A stretch of DNA of 64,000 nt, from contig CP086569.2 of the NCBI GenBank assembly GCA_009914755.4, positions 12,672,001-12,736,000 of the forward strand, in the 5' to 3' direction. Below are positions 15,960-28,622 of the stretch, one piece after another. Position 1 is the first letter of the stretch. Each line of letters opens with the position of its first letter. The position numbers and the translations under genes were made by a program. The notes under the pieces were generated by a model. That model worked only from the letters and a program-made list of their open reading frames with translations. It was not told where the DNA came from and did not search any database. Origin of the DNA: the human T2T-CHM13v2.0 reference genome, Homo sapiens.

Positions 15960-17478
15960 GAAATGACAGCTGCCGTGAGACATGGAATTGGAGGAGTTTC
16001 TGGGAGAATTAGAGGGTAGGGGTTTGTACTCTGGCAGTTTCTGGGTATCATTTCATCTCTCACCATCACCAAGGAGCGGGAGTAACCCATGGCAGCCTGC
16101 TCTGAGAAGACACCATGCAGCGTCTTCATGTCTTGGACCGCAGTGGGAGATGTGGGCTTGTGAGTCCCCTCTGCCCAGTTCACCAAAGATCAGGGACTGG
16201 CCCCAGATGATCTGCAGCCACCATGATGCTCTTCCCATGAGCCAGGCTCCACATTCTCCAGCCACGGATGTTCAGCACTGCTTTCAGGTACATGATAGAC
16301 TCATGGGAAGTGTTGGTGGCCTCCCAGAAAAACACGTCACCCTCTTCACTGACAGCAAAGGACCAGGCATAACCAGCATAGATCTGGGGACCCCATTCCA
16401 GGAAAGCCAAACCGCTTGTGGGAGGTGGACCATCTCGTTTTTCTGCTCCACATGGTCCAGCCAGCAATAGCCACCCCGTGTCAGAAGAAGATGTGCTTCT
16501 GGGAGTCCAGGACCAGCATGTGGTTAGCTCTACAGGCCACATCTGCACAACCACGTGTGGTACTGGCAAAATCTGCTAATCTTTCTTCCTTCTCCATGAA
16601 GACAGCCACTTGCCTGGGCATCAGCTCCCAGCTGGACTCTATCCACAGCAGTGGGGACATGAACTTCTCATCATGAGTTGTATACCAGGTGACCATATTC
16701 AGGGCTCCCAAAGGAATAAAGTTTGGGTTTTTGTTTTTTGTTTTTTGTTTTGGTTTTAGTTTTGGTTTTTGCAGTCCATCATCCCACTGAATTCAGTCCC
16801 ATGGACCATTTTGGTGAATGGCTGGCCTTGTATACCTTCTGCGCAGGGCTAGGAACTGCATCTGTCTGACGACCAAGCCCCACCTTCTGCATCTTGTTCT
16901 TTCCAAAGGCAAATGCAGTGCCCACTTCCAGCAACACTGGGTTGTGGCTCCACCCATAGGCTGCTGACACAGTAACCCCAGGACTGGGACCCTTTATCAG
17001 TTTGGGTGCTTCAGCTTTCTTGGTGTCACCATGTTTCAGCTGCCCCTTTTCATTTCAACTCCAACTCCACAGATTCCCTTCTGTGGTGATAAGTGGACTG
17101 TAGGAAGCATATGTACCCAAAACCACTGCCTGCACCTGGACTCCCAGCAGGCATCCACTTCTATGGGGCACCTACAAATTCTGACTGGGGATCATGGTAA
17201 GCATCCTGTTATGTAAGTACTTATTTAACCAATCAAGCCCCAGCCAGTTGCTCTAAAAATCAAGGCTGCCATTTGCACTTAGAACCTTCATCTTTGCTGC
17301 ACTCCTTGGTGTGTTTGGCTCCGTGATGACGACAGCCACACCTCCCACCTTGTTGGCCACCTGGTCTGCCATGCTGGGTGCTTGCCTCTGCAGGGAGCAC
17401 CTCAAGTTCCAAGCTTTCCTTCTCATGCAACTGTTTGATGCTGCTGCTGCTGCTGCAGTACTTGGTCCTTGCATTGTT
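15960..17478 (-). pseudogene. Processed pseudogene derived from RCC2 (TD-60, an RCC1-repeat protein). It is 5'-truncated and has multiple frameshifts
   Basis: Minus-strand translations, in several different frames, match the human RCC2 protein in order over roughly residues 60-522. AVVITEPNT...GSKCKWQP matches AAVVITEPEHTKERVKLEGSKCKGQ. SLIFRATGWGLIG matches LLIFGATNWDLIG. AFAFGKNKMQKVGLGRQTDAVPSPAQKVY matches FAFGENKMGQLGLGNQTDAVPSPAQIMY. LMPRQVAVFMEKEERL...ADVACRANHMLVLDSQKHIFFWE matches LVPRRVAIFIEKTKDG...RDVACGANHTLVLDSQKRVFSWG. IYAGYAWSFAVSEEGDVFFWEATNTSHESIMYLKAV...GKSIMVAADH matches IYAGYTCSFAVSEVGGLFFWGATNTSRESTMYPKAV...GKSSIIVAADE. FGELGRGD matches FGELGYGD. TAVQDMKTLHGVFSEQAAMGYSRSLVMVRDE...LPETPPIP matches TAAQEVKTLDGIFSEQVAMGYSHSLVIARDE...LPEYNPRTL. 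The similarity is contiguous with no introns, so it is a retrocopy. At least 4 frame changes, and a microsatellite insertion, disable it. Confidence 0.85.
16722..16790. repeat. (TTTTG)n/(GTTTT)n microsatellite inserted within the RCC2 pseudogene
   Basis: gtttttgttttttgttttttgttttggttttagttttggttttt interrupts the RCC2-homologous reading frames. Confidence 0.85.
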
Positions 17479-19310
17479 AATAATCACCTCCCTTGCCACC
17501 AAAGGGTTTATAATGCTTGCAATAATACACAGCTGTGATGTTACTGGCACAAAAACAGACACATGGACCAATGGAACAAAATATAGAACCCAGAAATAAA
17601 GATGCACACCTACAGCCAACTAATTTTTACAAAGTCAAAAAAAAGGGAATGTGGAAAGTACTTCCTATTCAATAAATAGTGCTGGGATAGCAGGCTAGTC
17701 ATATGCAGAAGAATGAAACTGGATCCTTACCTGTCACCATATACAAAAATTAACTCAAGATGAATTAAAAATTTAAATGTACAACCTCAAACTATAAGAA
17801 TCCTAGAAGAAAACCTAGGAAATGCCATTCTGGAAAGAATTTATGATGAAGTCATCAAAAGCAATTGCAAAAAAATAAAATTGACAAGTGGGACCTAACT
17901 AAACTAAAGAGCTTCTCCTCAGCAAAAGAACCTATCAACGGAGTAAACATGCAACCTGCAGAATGGGAGAAAATATTCACAAACTACACATCTGACAAAA
18001 GTCTAACATCCAAAAATCTTTAAGGAACTTAATCAATTGAACAAGCAAAAAACAATTCCATTAAAAACTGAACAAAAGACATGAACAGACACTTTTCAAA
18101 ATAAGACATACAAGTGGCCAACAAACATATGAAAAAATGCTCCACATCACGAATCACCAGGGAAATGCAAATCAAAACCACAATGAGATACTACCTTATG
18201 CCAGTCAGAATGGCTATTATTTAAAAGTTAAAAAACCACAGATGTGGGCATGGCTGCAGAGAAAAATGAGTGCTTATACACTGTTGGTGGGAATGTAAAT
18301 TAATTCAGCCACTGTGAAAAGCAGTTTGGAGATTTCTCAAAGGACTTAGAACTACCACTCAACCCAGCAATCCCATTACTGGGTATATACCCACAGGAAA
18401 AGAAATCATTCTCTCAAAAAAGCACACACATGCGCATGTCCATCATGGCACCATTGGCAATAGCAAAGACATGGAATCAATCTAGATACCCATCAATGAC
18501 AGATTGGAAAAAGAAAATATGGTACATATACACTCATATAGTTTGGATATTTGTCCCCACTCAAATCTTATGTTGAAATGTAATCCCGAATGTTGGGGGT
18601 AGGGCCTGGTTGGAGATATTTGGGTCATGGTGGTGGATCCCTTATGGCTTGGTGTTGTCCTTGCAACAGCAAGTGAGTTCTCATGAGATATGGTTGTCAA
18701 GTGTGGGGCACATCACCCACTCTCTTTCTTGCTCCTGCATTCACCAAGTGAAGTGCCTGCTCCTGCTGCACCTTCTGCCATGAGTAAAAGTGCCCTTAGG
18801 CCTCCTCAGAAGCCTAGGAGATGCCAGTGCCATGCTTATACTGTTTGCAGAACCATAAGCCAATTAAACTTCTTTTCTGAATAAATTACCCAGTTTCAGG
18901 TAATTCTTTATAGCAATTCAAGAACGGCCTAACACCTATACCATAGAATACTATGCAGCCATAAAAAGAATGAAATCATAACCTCTGCAGCAACATGGAT
19001 GCAGCCTGGAGGCCATTATCCTAAGCAAACAAGAACAGATGGAAGAATAGAAAACCTCATACCTCATGTTCTCATTTATAAGCGGGAGCTTAATATTGGG
19101 TACTCATTGACATGAAGATGGCAACAATAGACACTGGGGTCTGCTAGAGCAGGGAGGAAAAGGGAGGAGGGCAAAAGTCAAAAAAACAACTATTGGGTAC
19201 TATGCTCAGTACCTGGGTAACAGGATCTTTCATACCTCAAACCTTAGCATTATGAAATATACTCAAGTAACAAACCCACACATGTAACCACTGAATCTAA
19301 AATAAAAGTT
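17475..19310 (+). mobile_element. LINE-1 (older L1PB/L1M-like) 3' half: ORF2 C-terminal region plus 3' UTR, sense. It is 5'-truncated and carries a nested MaLR LTR
   Basis: gttactggcacaaaaacagacacatggaccaatggaacaaaatatagaacccagaaataaa...aatagtgctgggatagcaggctagtcatatgcagaagaatgaaactggatcc...gaaatgcaaatcaaaaccacaatgagatactacc...ccactgtgaaaagcagtttggagatttctcaaag...atggtacatatacactc and the L1 3' UTR-like end ...caaacccacacatgtaaccactgaatctaaaataaaag. Confidence 0.88.
18535..18905 (+). mobile_element. MaLR LTR (THE1/MST family) nested inside the L1
   Basis: atttgtccccactcaaatcttatgttgaaatgtaatcccgaatgttgggggtagggcctgg...ccttctgccatgagtaaaagtgcccttaggcctcctcagaagc...tgcagaaccataagccaattaaacttcttttctgaataaattacccagtttcaggtaattctttatagcaa matches the THE1/MST LTR consensus. 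Confidence 0.8.
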
Positions 19311-19620
<310 letters not shown>

Positions 19621-20519
19621 GTTGAAGAAAATATTGTAGGACAAAATAATATAATACACAGCTCTAGTCTACAGATGAATTTCTCATCGGGTGCAGTTGT
19701 AGTAGTCTAAAAACCCTAATTTGGGGCAATCTGTCATGGGAGAAAGTGAAAGTAGTTTATATTAATAAAAGAAGCTATAAGCTACCTCCCACATGTTCTG
19801 CAGACCATGGAATTGTATGAAAATCCTTTAAAAGCAACATAAGTATATCCAGATATAGTTCGATGAGGCAGTAAGACCACTGCCACCAATTATTTAAGGA
19901 AAGCCTGTCTGGTGACAGTCATGCCAAGACCCTGAATCCACTTGAATGGTGGAAGTGGACACATAGGCTTAGGGAGTTCAAGTACTTTATGAGTAACATT
20001 CTCTTATCATACATAGAATGCAAAATGATGTATTTTTTTTTCTTTTAAAAAAGCAAAAGATGACTGAAGCTGCATTGTTGTTGGACTTTCTGAGGTCTTA
20101 TTTTATAAATGATTCAACTTGTCCTGTATGCTTTGAAAGTGCTTTTTTCTCTTAATGCTTAACTACAATATTTACTCATAGTTTACTTACCAACCCTACA
20201 AAAGAGGTAGTTAACTTGGCTGCTTCCATTTCCTGCCTGCCTGGCTGCTGAACTTCCTGGGACCAGAGAGGCCATGCCATTGCCCAAGTTTGGCTATGGG
20301 GGGCTCCCCTGACTTCCTGCCAAGCTGGCCTGGAGTCCTTGAGGCATGGAGATGCCTGCAACAATGAGGTGGCCCCAGACTCATCCCATGTGCTCCTGCT
20401 GGCCATGGCACAATGATGGCCTCCACAGGACCCCTGCCACTAGCCCTCAATCTACTTCTTTGCTGTGGGAGCTAACAAAGTTGAAATGGCTTCTCCTTCT
20501 GAGCCAAGTGCATTGCCCA

Positions 20520-21060
20520 TTTAAATTTTTTAATTGTTGAATAGTATTCTTATATAGATACACTTTTCTTTTTTTCTTTTGCTAGTTGATGAGTATTTGG
20601 GTTGTTTCCACTTTGGGTTACTATGGATGGTGCTGCTATGAGCTTTCACATGAGTCTTTGAGTGGACATAGGTTTCCATTTATTCTGGGTACCTATCTGG
20701 GAGTGAAGCTGCTGAGTCATATGGTAATTCTACATATGGCACTCTGAGAAACTACCAAATTGCTTAACAAAGTGGCTGCATTCATTTGCATTTCTGTAGG
20801 CAATGTCTGGGGGGTCCCTATTCTCCCCCTCCTTGTCATCACTTGTTATTTTCTATTGTTTGATTACAGCCACTCTAGTGAGTATGAAGTTGTATTGCAT
20901 TGTGATGCCAGTATGGATGTCTGTATTGACTAATGATATTGTACATATTGGAATAGTATATTTTCCTCGGAGAAATGCTATTGAAATCCACTTTACATTT
21001 TAAATAGTTTATCTTTTGTTAATGAGTACTATGAAATGTTTTCGTCTGAATAGTTCATGA
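20520..21060 (+). mobile_element. LINE-1 fragment (ORF2 C-terminal region, L1M-like), sense
   Basis: ttgttgaatagtattcttatatagatacac...gttgatgagtatttgggttgtttccactttgggttactatggatggtgctgctatgagctttcacatg...tatggtaattctacatatggcactctgagaaactaccaaattgcttaacaaagtggctgcattcatttgcatttc parallels the L1 ORF2 3' region. Confidence 0.75.
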
Positions 21061-22065
21061 GCAGATTTATCATTTGCAAATATGTCATTGCTTTTGGTGA
21101 TTTGTCCTTTCATTTTCAAAGATAAATATGCAAATGGATAACAACCAGTCTACATATAAAAAGAGAACTCTGAACACAACCTACAACAATCAGTCCCAAC
21201 AGTCTAGTCTTGATTAGTAACTGACAGCTGACCTAATTTTTGCCTTTGCTTCCAACTTAGGACCAAACTGAGAAGGCCAAACATGCACTCTTACCAGGAA
21301 AATAGAATATTCAGCTTCTGCTAAGCCTTCCTGCAGCTTCCCTATGTCAAGAGCCTCCAATCAGGACACATCTGGAGCCTTGCCTCTTTTTCCACTGTGG
21401 AGTTTTCCCACTCCTCTTCTTGCCTTTGAGTCTCCAACAAACACAAGTGATGGTGGCTAATTCCCTTGCTAGGGCAAAGTTGGGATACACAGCTTTTCTT
21501 GTTTTCATTTTTGTGGTCTCCAATTATTTCCACTGCTGTTATGGAGGTCCCACTGAGGTATCTGCTGCATTGTCCTTTGCCTTGGACCCTATAGTTTGAC
21601 CAGCACCCACCAAGTCATCTTGTTTCTTCTGTTCATGGCTGCCACAGCAGCACTGATGTGATACATGAGCACTGGTTCTGAACTCTCCGTCTTTGCACCG
21701 AGTTCCTTAGGTATTTATTCTGCATTTGGTAGAATAAATACCTGGTTTTTGTTATTGGTTCCTACTTTTTTGACATTCTTGGTGGAATCTGGTCTTCCCA
21801 TTCATTCATTTTGCTCTCTCTATGTTACTGTTTTGTCTTTTGTCATCCAAGTGTTGTCATAAGGAGAAGAATGAGAAGGTGGAACGTAGTCATAGGCCCT
21901 AGAAGGCTATTGTTCAAGCCAGCCTCACACACCGGCGAATTTGTGGTACTCATTGGTCAGACATCCATTTGGACACACTTCGCTATGGGTCACCAATGAA
22001 ATTGGATGAAGTTCTCCTTTATACTTCTGTCTTAGTTCTGTGCATTCCGGTTGTGATCCAGAGAG

Positions 22066-22136
22066 TTTTTTATTTTATTTTATTTTATTTTATTTTATTT
22101 TATTTTATTTTATTTTATTTTATTTTATTTTATTTA
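22066..22136. repeat. (TTTTA)n microsatellite, about 14 units
   Basis: tattttattttattttattttattttattttattttattttattttattttatttatt. Confidence 0.95.
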
Positions 22137-22608
22137 TTGACTTTCCACCTGCTAGCAGAACAGATTTTTGTGTCTTCATCTGGAAGTGACCAACTGTCAG
22201 GATGAGGACCCAAGACACGAGGTGCATAAGCATTACTCTCCTACTGCCTGCCACCAGCTCTCATGGGGCTAAGTCGGAGTCCTCTCTGCTTCCCAGAAAA
22301 GCTCCTGCTTCTTGTGTTTACTTTCATTACAATGCTCATTCTTGTGTCGGCCTTTCTAAATAGCATTACTTCATCAAGAACTGGGCCTTCTGTGACCATT
22401 CTGGGGAGCATTTGCTTTGAACAACATTGCTCATTTGAGAGGTTCCTTAAGAAAGAAAAGGAATAAGATTTCTCAGGCCCAATGAGCAGTACATTTTGGT
22501 TGGTAAGCAGAAGCTTTCAAATGCTATTCTGAATCAAGAATCATTTCATTAAATCTTCTCTGGCCAAACCTAAGACACAATTTGACACACTTAAGCAACT
22601 ACAAACTA

Positions 22609-22664
22609 TTAGGTTGGTGCAAAAGTGGTTTTGCAAAACCACAATTACTTTTGCACCAACCCAA
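22609..22664. mobile_element. MADE1 MITE, internally deleted copy
   Basis: ttaggttggtgcaaaagtggttttgcaaaaccacaattacttttgcaccaaccc: MADE1 termini with the central loop deleted. Confidence 0.8.
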
Positions 22665-23039
22665 TGGATTCATTTTCTTAGTAAACTCTCTCCCACTTTC
22701 TTGCCCTCCAGTTGACCTTATATCCAGGTGTCCCCCTTCCCCTTTCTCATCCTAATCTCTCTCCTTCTGTGCCTTCATCCTATCCTCCTTCCACTTCTCA
22801 TTCAGATCCCAGACCCTCCCCAACAACTCTCCTAAAACTCCAAATGACCAGTTTCCTCTGAAGTTTCTTCTGTTCCATAAACAAGTTTTGACAGCAACTG
22901 TAGAATTTAAACCTGGGACCCAGCTGAATCAAGAACTACAATTAAAGATTTTTCTAAACCCAGAGAAGTTTAGCAAACTCCAGAGGAGACCAGCAAATAT
23001 TCATAGAAGATTATAGAATTCTCTGGGTGCAAGAGGGTC

Positions 23040-23815
<776 letters not shown>

Positions 23816-23859
23816 ATGTTTCCACAGTAAGACTGAGAGTCAAAAAAAAAAAAAAGGCC

Positions 23860-24930
23860 ACGAGCAGGTCGAAGTGTCCTTCAACCTAGGCGGCCTCTGT
23901 GCAGGTCGGTTGGCCTGGATGGGGCCTGAAGCATCACGTGCATATTGCTTTTGTGCAGCTGGAGCCTCTGGAGCCCATTGAGGTAGAGGCAGACAGTGAG
24001 GAGGCCTGCAGCCTGGAAGACTTTCCAGGGGTGGTGTTTGAGGGCTCCAATTCCATTAAATTCTGTGCGGTCATTTCTGTGTTTAGAAAGGCCAGTGGGA
24101 AGTGACTGATTTTGGTAACTCATTGTCCTTTTCCAGCTCCTGCTTAATGTCTAGAGACACAGGCAATTCCAGTGCTGGCTCTGGTACATGCTGCCTGCTC
24201 CGGAGCCAGAGTGACTTGCAGCCCTGGGCCTCCCACACATCGATCCAGCACCACGGCCAGCTCCAGAGCCACAGTGCTCCTGCCCCGGTCCTGGGACTGC
24301 GAAGAACCAGCCCGGCGAGGCGTTGCCTGACATCGTGGTGTCTGTTGCCCCCACTCGCCTCAGCACTGGAGCTGGAAGAGGCTCCCCAGGAGAGGCGGCG
24401 GCCAGTGGGGCTCCGGCCAGCAGGCCTCGCGCCGCTCTCGGTCCTGGGCGAAGGGAGAGCCGCGGAGGCGGAGAGCAGGGCTGGCGGGCCGGCTCCTGGG
24501 CCTTGCTGAAGAGCTTCCCGCGTGCCAGCCTCGGCCCCAGCACGACCTGAACAACGTCTGTTTCTCGCAAGCCGCCACCCGGCCTATGGGCGCGAACTCC
24601 ACCAGCTCGCCCCCTCCACGTCCCCGCCTGGCCTGCCGCTGATGGGGGCGGACGGGGCGGAATTCCAGCAACTCCTCCTCCTGCTCCAGGACGTGGTCTC
24701 CTCCTCCGGCGACTGGGACCTGCCCTTAGCTGAGCATCTGAGCTGGGGGCCTCTGAGGTGCTGCCCAGGACGGGCTCTTCCTGGTTGGCAGGCAGGTGGG
24801 AATGTATTTTCCAAAGGGCACAGGCCCAGGCAGGACCTAGCAGCTGTACCTTGGGGTCACCATTGGCCCCATCCTGCCCAATGACTTATTTATATTGTTA
24901 TTACTTCAAATTTCTATAACTTTTAAATAA
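23860..24930. other. Orphan CpG-rich block, about 60-70% GC, with a CpG-island-like core at about 24280-24740. A canonical AATAAA lies at about 24925
   Basis: Dense CpG, for example ccggcgaggcgttgcc, ggcggcggccagtggggctccggccagcaggcctcgcgccgctctcgg, gagccgcggaggcggagag, gggcgcgaactccaccagctcgcc, gcggacggggcggaattc, ctccggcgactgg. The rest of this AT-rich, repeat-rich window has lost its CpGs. All six frames give only Pro/Ala/Gly/Arg/Ser-rich low-complexity ORFs with no protein I recognise. ttttaaataaagaatttggcttttt lies at the 3' edge. Confidence 0.6.
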
Positions 24931-25334
24931 AGAATTTGGCTTTTTAACTAAAACTCTCATGCCTTCTTTAACACCCTAGTGTCAGATGGAATTGTTGAGG
25001 CTAACATGAAAATCGCCCACAGTTTCCTCTTTTTGTTGTGGATGTTTCCATGAATGAATTGTGATCTGATCAACTGTTACTGTACCTTTCAGATTTAGGA
25101 CAGATTCCTCTCCCAGCACCTAGAGATCCCTGTTCTGTCTGTATTGAGGACAAAGATTAGCTAGAAGGAATCTTAAATCTCCTTTACAAATGTAAAAACA
25201 GATTTGCTGTCTATGTGCTTTGCCAAACAGAGAGAGACAGAGGCCATTGAGACATGATGAAAACAGCTTCTTCTGAGATGGGGGAAAAGAAAAATATGAA
25301 ATATGAACAACCACAGTAGGTCCAACAACCTTTC

Positions 25335-25505
25335 CACAGAGCCAGGCACTCAGGAGCCACCTGTCATGTCTTAGGCCATTTCATTCCTACAAGAACCTCA
25401 CTGAGATTCATCTTACTACTCCACTTTTCAGAGGTGCAAGTTGAGGCTCAGAAAGCTGCAGTGGCATCCCTAGACACAGCTAGTAGGTAGTAGGGTGTGC
25501 CTTGA
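25335..25505 (-). mobile_element. MIR SINE fragment, antisense
   Basis: Reverse complement reads ...ctttctgagcctcaacttgcacctctgaaaagtggagtagtaagatgaatctcagtgaggttcttgtaggaatgaaatggcctaag, resembling the MIR core. Confidence 0.5.
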
Positions 25506-25559
25506 AAGAAACAGACACTCACCTGCTGAACAGCTGCTCCAGGTGTAGCAGGACAAGCT

Positions 25560-26330
25560 GCAGACAAAACCCCTCAGATACTGAGTTAAAGAAGTAAGGG
25601 CTTTATTCGGCCAGGAGCTTCAGCAAGACTCACGTCTCCAACAACCGAGCTCCCCGAGTGAGCAATTCCTGTCCCTTTTAAGGGCTCACAACTCTAAGGG
25701 GGTCCGCGTGAGAGGGTCGGGATCCATTGACCAAGCAGGCGGTACGTGACTGGGGGCTGCATGCACCAGCAATTAGAATGGAACAGAACAGGACAGGGAT
25801 TTTCACAGTGCTTTTCTATACAATGTCTGGAATCTGTAGATAACAGAAACGATCAGGTCAGGGGTCGATCTTTAACTACCAGGCCCAGGGTGTGGCGCTG
25901 AGCTGTCTGCCTGCGGATTTCATTTCTGCCTTTTAGTTTTTAGTTCTTCTTTCTTTGGAGGCAGAAATTGGGCATAAGACAATATGAGGGGTGGTATCCT
26001 CCCTTACAAGAACTGTAGGACAGTGGTGAAGTCCCACTAGGAGCCCAGGAAGCTCCTGAAGGAGGGGATGGTTTGACCCTGGAATGCTGGAACCAGGGAT
26101 TCCACCAGCCTCTCCCTTGTGCCTGGCTGGGGGTTCCCTCTGCATAGTACAGATCTCCCCTAGGTTCAGAGTATGCTCATTTTCATACTAGAGAGGACCA
26201 GGAAGGACACGGTCAGTGACAGCATCATGAGCCACCAGGGAATTGGGATCTGGAGATCAGACTAGGAAGCCTCAACCCTTCAGGGACTTGTGCATGTGGA
26301 GGACATGGGTGTTCATGGTGAAAAAGGTTT
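25560..26330 (-). mobile_element. Unclassified LTR-like block, possibly an ERV1-type solo LTR. Family unresolved
   Basis: The minus strand shows ...ggccgaataaagcccttacttctttaactcagtatctgaggggttttgtctgca, an AATAAA followed by a TG-rich run and CA, like an LTR R/U5 end. Not matched to a consensus I can name. Confidence 0.3.
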
Positions 26331-27259
26331 TAGACTTTCAATGTAAAATGTGATGGGGGGGGAACAGATATTCATTAAATCATTAATAGCTTCAAGGCAC
26401 CATCACAGTATTTGGCAACTGTGGAGCAACAGCACCCACCTGTATTAACAGCCTGTATGAAGAGCACTATCCAAGTGAGTCCTCAAAAAAAAATACACTC
26501 ATTGTATAGATGAGAAGACACAGACTTTTGGATGTCAAATGGCTGCTCAACAGCACATGAGTCAGAACAGAGAATCATCCGCAAGGGAGGCTGCATGAAA
26601 TTCCCTCTAAACTACCTGAGGCTCGGCCTGCTCCTGCCATGGAGGAGAAGGGCCTGGGGAAGCCTCCTTTCCTCTCCTTTTCAGAGACAGTGCACAAGGC
26701 AAGACACTCTAGAAGAACTCTTTGGACTTAAAGCAACATAATTTGTTTTTCTTCCTTTAACATTAAAGGGAGTCTTGAGAAATAGCTAAAACAATCCCAC
26801 ACCTGGCAAAAGGGAAAATGTCAGGAGACTCCAGGGAGAAAGCTCATCAGAGAACCTAGGGGATCTGAGCATTTGGCTCAGGGAAAAGACACCCTGAGCA
26901 GATATTAAACAACTGAAAGACAACAAACACATCCGTTGGGAAACTTGGGAATGAAAGGAACAACGTGATGGTATTTGCCACACAGACACCAGGTTGGCAA
27001 AATATTAGAAATGTTAACCTTCAGGGGAGGCTGAATGCAGGGAACCAGTTACCTTCAGGGACTGCTGGTGACAATGTACCTGCTACAGCCATTTTGGAAA
27101 GTTATCGGGCTGTAGCTATACAATCTGACATATGTGTACTCTGGAGGGAGTTAGTATATGTTATCAGATGAATTGTGTTCCCTCCCACAAATTCATACAC
27201 TCAGTGCCTCAGAATCTCACTGTATTTGGACATATGCTCCTTAAAGAGGTAATTAATAT

Positions 27260-27860
<601 letters not shown>

Positions 27861-27985
27861 CTCTTCAGACACACATAGAATGTACCCTGCAGCCCAGTGG
27901 GGCTCTGTGTTCTGTGAGACAACACATTGCAGACAAACAAATAGAGTGGCTTCACCCACTTTTTTGTACAAGTCCCCTTTTGTAA

Positions 27986-28334
<349 letters not shown>

Positions 28335-28348
28335 AAGACTGATGGCTT

Positions 28349-28622
28349 TTGCTTTTTTTGAGACAGAGTCTGCCTCTGTCTCCCAGGCTGGAGGGCAGTT
28401 GCACGATCTCAGCTCACTGCAAACTTCATCTCCTGATTCAAAAGATTCTCCTGCCTCAGCCTGCTGAGTAGCTGGGATTAAAGGCACCCGCCACTACACC
28501 CAGCTAATTTTTGCATTTTTAGTAGAGACGGGGTTTCACCATGTTGGCCAGGCTGCTCTCGAACTCCTGACCTCAGGCAATCTGCCCGCTGGGATTACAG
28601 GCGTGAGCCACCACACCCAGCC
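28349..28622 (-). mobile_element. Alu SINE, antisense. Second of the tandem pair, with an internal deletion of about 25 bp
   Basis: tttttttgagacagagtctgcctctgtctcccaggctggagggcagttgcacgatctcagctcactgcaaac...gggattacaggcgtgagccaccacacccagcc. Confidence 0.92.

Noticed and set aside
15982-16470. A 162-aa plus-strand ORF, the longest in the track
   Set aside because: It lies antisense to the RCC2-derived pseudogene. The GC-rich former coding sequence has few stops on the opposite strand. The peptide is low-complexity and I recognise no protein in it.
20211-20450. A minus-strand ORF whose peptide ...GPRKFSSQAGRKWKQPS loosely resembles the RCC2 N-terminus (GPRKRGGPAGRKRERPE)
   Set aside because: I considered whether the missing 5' part of the RCC2 retrocopy might lie beyond the L1. 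It lies about 600 bp beyond the L1 and Alu, with unrelated AT-rich sequence in between. The resemblance is a short basic motif only. I treated it as coincidence.
24102-24884. Overlapping ORFs of 103-139 aa on both strands inside the CpG-rich block
   Set aside because: All are Pro/Ala/Gly/Arg/Ser-rich and overlap in every frame, the usual artefact of high-GC DNA. I recognise no protein in any of them. The block is kept as a finding for its CpG content, not as a CDS.
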